Assembly (NCBI GenBank): GCA_963742755.1
Contig: CAVUMU010000011.1
Location: 76,568-140,567 of the forward strand
From: an uncultured Gemmatimonadales bacterium
GTDB taxonomy: Bacteria; Gemmatimonadota; Gemmatimonadetes; Gemmatimonadales; GWC2-71-9
DNA: 64,000 nucleotides
Direction of reading: 5' to 3'
Shown one piece after another: positions 57,312-64,000 of the stretch; positions within the stretch are counted from its first letter, which is position 1; every line of letters starts with the position of its first letter. The notes beneath the pieces are model-generated. The model was not told the origin of the DNA. It saw only the letters and a list, made by a program, of their open reading frames with translations, and searched no databases. Made by a program: the position numbers and the translations under genes.

Positions 57312-59113
57312 TGGGCCACCTCCTTCCACTCTCGCTGGGCAGTCTTTTCTACCAGGAAGGGGCCCATCACCAGGTAATCCATGTCGGTCCGCATGAAGCA
57401 GCGAAGCGCGTCGGCTGGCGTGCACACGATCGGCTCGCCCCTGACGTTAAAGGACGTATTTACCAGGACCGGGCAGCCGGTGAGGCCCTCGAACTCATGA
57501 ATCAGATCGTAGTAGTCGGGGCTGACATCCCGGTCTACAGTCTGGATCCGGGCCGAATAATCGATGTGGGTGACGGCCGGTATGTCGGACCGCGCCACAT
57601 TCAGCTGATCGATCCCCCAGAGGCCATCGTGCTGCGATTGAGACGGCGTGCGGCGTTCCTGTTTCACCGGCGCCACCAGTAGCATGTAGGGCGAGTCGCA
57701 GTCGAGGTCGAAGTACTCCTGCACCCGTTCCCGCAGGACGCTGGGCGCGAAGGGGCGAAACCCCTCCCGAAACTTGATCTTGAGGTTCATCTGGGCCTGC
57801 ATTCCAGGGCTGCGAGGATCTCCCAGAATGCTGCGGGCCCCTAGGGCGCGGGGGCCGAACTCCATGCGCCCGTTGAACCAGCCGACTACTTTGTCGTCGC
57901 TCAGAAACGCCGCCACCCGGCTCAGCAGGTCGTGTCGCGCCAGGCGCTGGTATACTGCACCTGCAGACCCCAGGCACTCCTCGATCTGGTCATCCGAAAA
58001 GGCCGGACCCAGGTACCCCCCCTTCATCGCATCCTTTCCGGGGGTCACCGGTCGGGGTTTCTGGCAGTATCGGTGCCAGATCAGCTGGGCAACGCCGAGT
58101 GCACCACCCGCGTCGCCGGAGGCGGGCTGAATCCACAACCGCTTGAACGGCCCTTCACGCAGAAGCCGGCCGTTGCCGACGCAGTTGAGGGCCACTCCTC
58201 CGGCGAGGCAGAGATTCTCGGCCCCGGTCAGCCGGTGCGCCGTCCGGCCCATTCGCAACATCACCTCTTCGCAGACATCCTGGACGGAGCGGGCCAGGTC
58301 CATCTCTCTCTGAGTGAGTCTCGCCTCGGGAACCCGAGGTGGTCCACCGAAGAGCTCATCGAAGGCGGGGCTCGTCATGGTGAGCCCGGCCAGATAGTTG
58401 AAATATCTCTGATTGAGGGTGAACGATCCATCGGGACGCAGGTCGATCAGCTCGCGGCGGATCAGGTCTACATACGCGGGCCTGCCATAGGGTGCGAGGC
58501 CCATGACCTTATACTCGCCCGAATTGACCTTGAACCCGGTGTAATAGGTAAATGCGGAGTAGAGCAGTCCCAGGGAATCAGGCCAGCGCAGCTCGGAGAG
58601 AATCTCGATGTCGCTGCCCTGGCCCATTCCAATCGTGGCAGTGGACCACTCACCGACGCCATCGATGGTGAGAATGGCGGCGGACTCGAAGGGAGACGGA
58701 TAGAACGCGCTGGCAGCGTGAGACTCGTGGTGCTCGGCAAAGAGCAGGGTCCCCTGGTACCCGCCCAGTCCTTCGCGAAGCTCCCGCGCGGTGTAAAGCT
58801 TCTCTTTCATCCAGAGAGGCCCGGCTTTCAGGAATGATCGGAAGCCGCGCGGAGCAACCGAGAGGTAAGTCTCAAGGATCCGCTCGAACTTGAGCAGTGG
58901 CTTGTCATAGAAGCCGGCATAGCTCAGGTCGGCCAGCGTAATACCGGCCTGCTCGAGACAGTACTCCACCGCCCGCGCCGGGAAGCCTGCGTCTCCCTTC
59001 TTCCGGGTAAAGCGCTCTTCCTGCGCGGCGGACATGATCTCGCCATCGCGCAGCAGGCAAGCTGCGCTGTCGTGATAGAAGGCGGAGATCCCCAGGATCC
59101 AAGTGGGCGGCAT
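57284..59113 (-). CDS. O-carbamoyltransferase (NodU/CmcH/TobZ/SxtI family)
   Basis: ILGISAFYHDSAA, QEERFTRKK, EHHESHAAS, DGVGE, GEYKVMGLAPYG, AGGVALNC, EFGPRALG, RPFAP, NTSFN. Confidence 0.95.
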   Translation of the reverse strand: MPPTWILGISAFYHDSAACLLRDGEIMSAAQEERFTRKKGDAGFPARAVEYCLEQAGITLADLSYAGFYDKPLLKFERILETYLSVAPRGFRSFLKAGPLWMKEKLYTARELREGLGGYQGTLLFAEHHESHAASAFYPSPFESAAILTIDGVGEWSTATIGMGQGSDIEILSELRWPDSLGLLYSAFTYYTGFKVNSGEYKVMGLAPYGRPAYVDLIRRELIDLRPDGSFTLNQRYFNYLAGLTMTSPAFDELFGGPPRVPEARLTQREMDLARSVQDVCEEVMLRMGRTAHRLTGAENLCLAGGVALNCVGNGRLLREGPFKRLWIQPASGDAGGALGVAQLIWHRYCQKPRPVTPGKDAMKGGYLGPAFSDDQIEECLGSAGAVYQRLARHDLLSRVAAFLSDDKVVGWFNGRMEFGPRALGARSILGDPRSPGMQAQMNLKIKFREGFRPFAPSVLRERVQEYFDLDCDSPYMLLVAPVKQERRTPSQSQHDGLWGIDQLNVARSDIPAVTHIDYSARIQTVDRDVSPDYYDLIHEFEGLTGCPVLVNTSFNVRGEPIVCTPADALRCFMRTDMDYLVMGPFLVEKTAQREWKEVAQWQKEFQLD

Positions 59114-59214
59114 GAGTACCATGTGAAGGCGAGCAGACAGCAACGACAGATACTGCGGAGGCTGATGAGTATAGGTAACGTTCAGAAGAGCATTGAGCAA
59201 GAATGTGCGACGCT

Positions 59215-62200
59215 TCAGGGTCGCGGGGGCCTGGCCCGTGCCCGGTCCAGCCGCTCCAGGTGGGTAACCGTCAGGGTGACCGCCCCGAACTCCTCCTCCA
59301 CCTTACCCCGAAAAATGAAGGGCCCCTGGTCGAACAGGACGTGACCACGCTCACGGTAGACCTGGGGAAAAAGTACCGCCTCGATCAGCCCATAACCATC
59401 ATCGAAGGTGGCGAACTCCATCGGCTCGTTCTTGACGGTGTGAACCGGCTTGGCCGTGGTGAGCATGCCCGCGGCCAGGATGTGCCGCCCGACGTGCCGA
59501 TGCAGCTCGGTGCTGGGGCAGAGCCGGAAGCGACGAAGCTGATCGCCATGGAGCTGCATGGGGTGGGCATCGGTAATGAATCCCAGCGTCTCATACTCTT
59601 CCCGGCGGCGGCGCTCGGGGGAGTACTGTTTGAGGGTTGGAATGTCTGGTGGAAGATGATTGAACCAATCGTGCAGCGGAGCTTCGGCCCCTTCGCTCCG
59701 CTCAGGGTGACAATCAGCGGGCTCGTTCTCACCTGACTGCCCCGCTGCCCAGCTGCCCCGCTGCCCCGCCGAGTCCACTGCCCACAGCATCATCGGCCGG
59801 GTCCAGCCGCCGGCGATCGAATCGAGCGCGCCGACCTTGACCAGGAGACGGAGGTCCGACGGAGTGATTCCGGTGCGGGCGCGGAAGTCGAGAAGGGAAG
59901 TGAAAGGGCTGCCCCTCGCCGCGAGCACCCGCTCTACCCCATCCGCCGAAAGCCCCTTCACGAACTGCAACCCGATCCGAAGCTCCCGGCCTTTGCCACT
60001 GCAACGGAAGTCGCTGGCATTCACGTCGGGCGACAGGATGGTGAGCCCCATCCGAATGGCCTCGGCGACATAGGCAAACGCATGGTAAAACCCGCCGCCA
60101 TTGGACAGCACCGCCGCCATGAACTCCGCCGGGTGGTTGGCCCGGAGCGCGCAGGAGTGCTGGGCCACCTGGATATAGGAACACGAGTGCCCCTTGCAGA
60201 AGCTGTACCCCGCAAAGGACATGATCATCTCCCAGACCTGCTTGGCCGCGTCGGGCTTCCGCCCCAGGCGCATCGCTCCAGCGAAGAACTCCGCGGCGTA
60301 GGCGGCGAGGTGCTTGGCCGGCCGCTTTTTCGAGAGCGCCTTCCGGAGTCCGTCGCCGGTGGCGGGCGACATGCCGGCGAACGTCGCACACACGTTTACT
60401 ACGTCCTCCTGATACACCATGATCCCGAACGACTCGGTCAGAGTGTCCGCGAGTGACGGATCCAGCGGCTCGTAAGGCGCGCCGTTGCGCAGCCGCTCGA
60501 GATAGAGCCGGATGTACTTGTTCGATGCCGGCCGGATCATGCTGGTGTTGAGCACCAGCAGCTCAAAGGTGTCGGCCTGGCTCTTGGCGCACAGCAGCCG
60601 GGAGGCGGGCGATTCGGTGTAGAACACGCCCATCGTCTGCCCGGTCCGAAACAGCCGTTTGGCGCCCTCATCGTCGCCGGCTGCCGATGAGGTGTAATCG
60701 ATGCGGTGGGTGGTATGGCCGTGAACCGCGTCGATGGCATCGCGGATCACGGCCAGCGACCGGTTGCCGAGCAGATCGATCTTCACCAGGCCGGCATCCT
60801 CGGTGCCGTCCTTCTCGAACTGGATGACCGGCACCGGAAGATCGGGGTCGTCATCGAGCGTCTTGGCGGCGCACTCCACCGGTACATAATCGGTAAGAGG
60901 GCGTGGAGTGATCACGATCCCGCCCGGATGCACCGACAGGTGACGGGGAATCCCGACCAGGCTCTCCGCGGCCCGGGCAAAGTCCTGCCAGTTGGAGGCG
61001 AGCTGGAGCCCCCGAAAATTCGGATGGGTGGCGATCAGCTGCTCGAGCCGTTCACCGGGCTCATAGAAAAAAGGAATCCGCCGGGTGACCTCCCGGATCT
61101 CTCCCGCCGGCCGGCCGTGCACCTTGGCCACCTCACGCAGGGCGCCCCGTGACTGAAAGGTGTTGTGGTTTGCCACCATGGCCGAGTGCATGCGGGGATA
61201 TGTGCGAAAGACATAGGCCAAGACCCGGTCGCGCTCGTCCCAGGGAAAGTCGAGGTCGATGTCCGGGGGATCCTGCCGCTCGAGGTTGAGAAAACGCTCG
61301 AAGATCAATCCGCAGCGAATCGGGTCTACGTGGGTGATGCCAAGACAGTAGCTCACCACCGAGTTGGCTACCGAGCCCCTGCCGCAGTGGGTCGGCGCGT
61401 GGCGGACGATATCGCGCACTACCAGGAAGTAATCGGCGAAGCCCTTCTGTCCGATGATGCCCAGCTCCAGATCGAGCCGGTCACTCAGCTCAGGGGTGAT
61501 TGCGCTGTACCGCCACCGGGCTCCCTGCAGGGTAAGCTCCCGCAACTGCGAGAAGGCGGAGCCGGTATCGGCGATGCGAGGAGGCACGATTCGCTGACCG
61601 ACCGGGATCCGGTAAGCGCACCGCTCCGCGATATCCATTGTCGCTCGAATTGCCTCGGGGCAGTCGGGGAAATGCCGCGCCAGCTCCTCGGTCGAACACA
61701 GCCAGGCTCCAGTGGGCCAGACCTCCTCCGCCGGGAGGGTAGACAGGGTGGTGTTGAGCGCGATGGCGCGGAGCAGCCGGTGCCGGCTCCAGTCTTCTGC
61801 ATGCGCGGCGATCACGCCGTTGGTGGCCACGACCGGGAGCCTCATCCGGCGCGCGGCGGCCAGTGTCTCGTGTCGCCTTTTGCCGGGGCGAAGCTCCGCG
61901 TACAGATTCTCGGGACCGCTGAGGTGGAGAGTCTGTTCTAGGAAATCCACATCGCGTGAGATCAGGATCAGCCCTTCGCGATCCCCGATGATCGAGTGAA
62001 GGGGAGTTCCGGGACGCTTCGCCCGGGAGGGCGTGCCGGCTCCGTCGGGTCGCGCCTGACAACCCAACCTCTCCACCCCTTGCGCGCCCTCCTCTGCCAG
62101 CCCGTCCTCCCGCGCTCCGCTGTCCCGTTTCCTCCAGTGGACTTGCGTGATTGCGCGGCAAAGCGCTGCCCAACCCTGCTCATTCAGAGCAAGTGCCACC

Positions 62201-62415
62201 ACCTCCTGCCCATCGGCAACGAGATGAGCGCCGAGTATGGGACGCACGCCCGCCGTATCGCAGGCGCGCTGGAACTCGACCGCTCCATAGACCCCATTGG
62301 TGTCGGTGCAGGCGAGCGCGCCCAACCCCAGCTCGGCGGCCGCCCGGGCGAGTACCTCAGGACTGGAGACGCCAAGGCCGAAGGAGAAGTGGGAGTGGGT
62401 GTGGAGGTGGGTCAT
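59215..62415 (-). CDS. dnaE2: Error-prone DNA polymerase III alpha subunit (DnaE2-type)
   Basis: PHP domain HTHSHFSF; GRGSVANS (DnaE2 signature); FERFL, PPDIDLD, KIDLLG; C-terminal OB fold. Confidence 0.85.
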   Translation of the reverse strand: MTHLHTHSHFSFGLGVSSPEVLARAAAELGLGALACTDTNGVYGAVEFQRACDTAGVRPILGAHLVADGQEVVALALNEQGWAALCRAITQVHWRKRDSGAREDGLAEEGAQGVERLGCQARPDGAGTPSRAKRPGTPLHSIIGDREGLILISRDVDFLEQTLHLSGPENLYAELRPGKRRHETLAAARRMRLPVVATNGVIAAHAEDWSRHRLLRAIALNTTLSTLPAEEVWPTGAWLCSTEELARHFPDCPEAIRATMDIAERCAYRIPVGQRIVPPRIADTGSAFSQLRELTLQGARWRYSAITPELSDRLDLELGIIGQKGFADYFLVVRDIVRHAPTHCGRGSVANSVVSYCLGITHVDPIRCGLIFERFLNLERQDPPDIDLDFPWDERDRVLAYVFRTYPRMHSAMVANHNTFQSRGALREVAKVHGRPAGEIREVTRRIPFFYEPGERLEQLIATHPNFRGLQLASNWQDFARAAESLVGIPRHLSVHPGGIVITPRPLTDYVPVECAAKTLDDDPDLPVPVIQFEKDGTEDAGLVKIDLLGNRSLAVIRDAIDAVHGHTTHRIDYTSSAAGDDEGAKRLFRTGQTMGVFYTESPASRLLCAKSQADTFELLVLNTSMIRPASNKYIRLYLERLRNGAPYEPLDPSLADTLTESFGIMVYQEDVVNVCATFAGMSPATGDGLRKALSKKRPAKHLAAYAAEFFAGAMRLGRKPDAAKQVWEMIMSFAGYSFCKGHSCSYIQVAQHSCALRANHPAEFMAAVLSNGGGFYHAFAYVAEAIRMGLTILSPDVNASDFRCSGKGRELRIGLQFVKGLSADGVERVLAARGSPFTSLLDFRARTGITPSDLRLLVKVGALDSIAGGWTRPMMLWAVDSAGQRGSWAAGQSGENEPADCHPERSEGAEAPLHDWFNHLPPDIPTLKQYSPERRRREEYETLGFITDAHPMQLHGDQLRRFRLCPSTELHRHVGRHILAAGMLTTAKPVHTVKNEPMEFATFDDGYGLIEAVLFPQVYRERGHVLFDQGPFIFRGKVEEEFGAVTLTVTHLERLDRARARPPRP
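59679..59713. repeat. REP-like palindromic element inside dnaE2
   Basis: GAGCTTCGGCCCCTTCGCTCCGCTCAGGGTGACAA; 34/35 identical to 62502-62536. Confidence 0.75.
59737..59768. repeat. Octamer tandem repeat within dnaE2
   Basis: CTGCCCCG-CTGCCCAG-CTGCCCCG-CTGCCCCG. Confidence 0.65.
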
Positions 62416-62501
62416 TCCCAAAGACGTGAGCGGGAAGAAAAAGGCGTAAGCGGTAAGCGGGGCCTACTTCGAGCACACCCAAGAAATGGCATTCCAACCC
62501 A

Positions 62502-62536
62502 GAGCTTCGGCCCCTTCGCTTCGCTCAGGGTGACAA
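62502..62536. repeat. REP-like palindromic element, intergenic copy
   Basis: GAGCTTCGGCCCCTTCGCTTCGCTCAGGGTGACAA, flanked by GTAAGCG-type heptamers (62446-62459 and inverted 62557-62584). Confidence 0.75.
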
Positions 62537-62565
62537 CATTTCCTGTTCGCAGTCCCGCTCACCGC

Positions 62566-63343
62566 TTACTGCCTACCGCTTACGGTTTTCAAGAACTCAT
62601 CGAGAAGACGATTGAACTCCTCCGGCTTATCCAGCTGGATCCAATGGCCGGTCCCCTCCACCATCCGGTGAGGAAAGCCCTTCCCCAGACGATGAAGGCT
62701 GGAGGGCATGTCGTTGTGGGGTGTGACGATCGACAGCTTCGGTCCCTGGTATCGGGCGAGCGCCGGATCGGGGTCGAACTGCATTATGTCCCCCAGCATC
62801 TGAACGACTGCTTCCCGCGGCGTCGCCTTGAGGTCGGCGAGCAACCGCCTCTGAATCGCGCTATCCGGTCCGGCGACGGTGGCCCAGTATCCCTGGCTGG
62901 TGCTGTCATAGTTCGGTCTCGAAGCCGCTGAGATAGGCCTTCGCTTCCGCCGGAGAGATCTGCTTGCCATCGCTGATCGGGTCCAGCAGAGCCAGCCCGG
63001 CCACGCGGTCCGGGTGATTGCCGGCATACGTCAGCGCCACACCGCCACCCATGCTGTGGCCCACCAGCACGAAGCGGTCGAGTCTCAGGGTGTCGACCAC
63101 GGCGGCGATGTCACCGGCGATGGCCGCGATGGTGTAGTTGCTGTCCCTGGGTGGCTCGGAGCGGCCATGTCCACGGAGGTCCAGGGCTACCACACGGCGA
63201 CTTGGGCGGAGATGCTCGAGCTGAGCTGTCCAGTGGGTGGAGTTGCCCGCAAGCGAGTGCACAAACACCACCGGCAGGCCACCACTGCCACCATCGTCAA
63301 CCGCCAGCGCTCCCGCAGGACCCGCCACTCGAGTGGGGCTCAC
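62566..63343 (-). pseudogene. Alpha/beta hydrolase split by a single frameshift near 62915 (pseudogene or sequencing error)
   Basis: N-half VHSLAG, DLRGHG, GHSMGG in 62906-63343; C-half GTGHWIQLDKPEEF in another frame. Confidence 0.7.
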
Positions 63344-63921
63344 GGTTCGGTCGCCGCTCTCTTCTTCTTGTCGCTCCCGTGTTTCTCGTGCGACCAGGGT
63401 GGGCGGTGCTCGAGGATCCGGGAATACACCGGGCAGCTCGGGACATGCGCTCCAGGCAGATAGCCGATGCTCATCAGGAACTCGCCCACGATCTCACCTC
63501 CGGTGAAGCGGAACGTTTGCCTGAAGAGCTTCACCCAGTCCTCCTTGCTGCGAGGATGGTGGGCGGCAAGCCAGCCGGCGAATGACCCGTGCGTGCGGCG
63601 GAGCTCCAGGATCCGGCGAGCGTTCTCGATGGCGGCGTTCACCTTCAGCCGGTTACGAATAATGCCGGGATCGGCGAGCAAGCGAGCCCGGTCGGTATCA
63701 CCATAGGCTGCTACTACCTCCGGATCGAAGCTACCGTACGCCAGCTGAAACGCCGCCCGCTTCTTGAGTATGGTCAGCCAGGAGAGACCCGCCTGGTTGA
63801 TCTCCAGCACCAGCCGCTCGAAGAGCTCGGCATCGCCCTCCAGCGGGAAACCGTACTCCCGGTCGTGGTAAGGGCCATGCCACTCATGGCCAGGCGCGAC
63901 GTCACAGTATGTCTGGGCCAT
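63340..63921 (-). CDS. tag: DNA-3-methyladenine glycosylase I
   Basis: YHDREYG, LFERLVLEINQAGLSWLTILKKR, GIIRNRLK, FRFTG, HVPSC. Confidence 0.92.
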   Translation of the reverse strand: MAQTYCDVAPGHEWHGPYHDREYGFPLEGDAELFERLVLEINQAGLSWLTILKKRAAFQLAYGSFDPEVVAAYGDTDRARLLADPGIIRNRLKVNAAIENARRILELRRTHGSFAGWLAAHHPRSKEDWVKLFRQTFRFTGGEIVGEFLMSIGYLPGAHVPSCPVYSRILEHRPPWSHEKHGSDKKKRAATEP

Positions 63922-63924
63922 AGG

Positions 63925-63952
63925 GGCTATTGGCTATTGGCTATTGGCTGTT
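63925..63952. repeat. Heptamer tandem repeat upstream of tag
   Basis: GGCTATT x3 plus GGCTGTT. Confidence 0.7.
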
Positions 63953-64000
63953 TCATCTTCCTGCTACGATCATCTTCGCCTCTCATGCTAGTGTCCAATC

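Noticed and set aside
56734-59113. Saxitoxin gene cluster (sxtIJK-like triad)
   Set aside because: No sxtA, sxtG or other core genes; this triad occurs widely outside toxin clusters
14035-59214. Calling the central locus an integrative mobile element
   Set aside because: No integrase, tRNA or convincing att direct repeat; only a short CCGCGACC match was noticed

Overview
High-GC bacterial window. The gene content is Gemmatimonadota-like, but that taxonomy is only an inference. No rRNA, tRNA, CRISPR, integrase or transposase was recognised. The flanks are housekeeping-like. 1-14 kb holds an Omp85 fusion, DExH helicase, EamA, ispH, cyclase, mutarotase-like, DUF72, GSDH and LEA_2. 59-64 kb holds dnaE2, a frameshifted hydrolase and tag. 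Between them (about 14.1-59.1 kb) lies a coherent accessory locus with five parts. (1) A LysR and a pseudo-receiver/AraC-like regulator. (2) Nine signal-peptide-bearing esterase-713-like alpha/beta hydrolase paralogues plus a deleted remnant, two Tat-exported amidohydrolases and a CHRD protein. Most of these transcription units carry a shared GAGACRTTTTG(20-bp repeat)...GCGGTTGC promoter motif, found in 7 copies. (3) A type II secretion cluster. (4) A carbamoyltransferase-SxtJ-DUF5989 operon, two more unannotated DUF5989-like peptides, and four SGNH proteins (three with TPRs). The peptides end in a DltX/PatC-like (F/L)IYxxF motif. (5) Two 2OG-Fe(II) oxygenases and a TPR-wHTH-SagB fusion. The leading hypotheses are a dedicated secretome regulon and an MBOAT-independent, tyrosine-peptide carbamoyl relay across the membrane.
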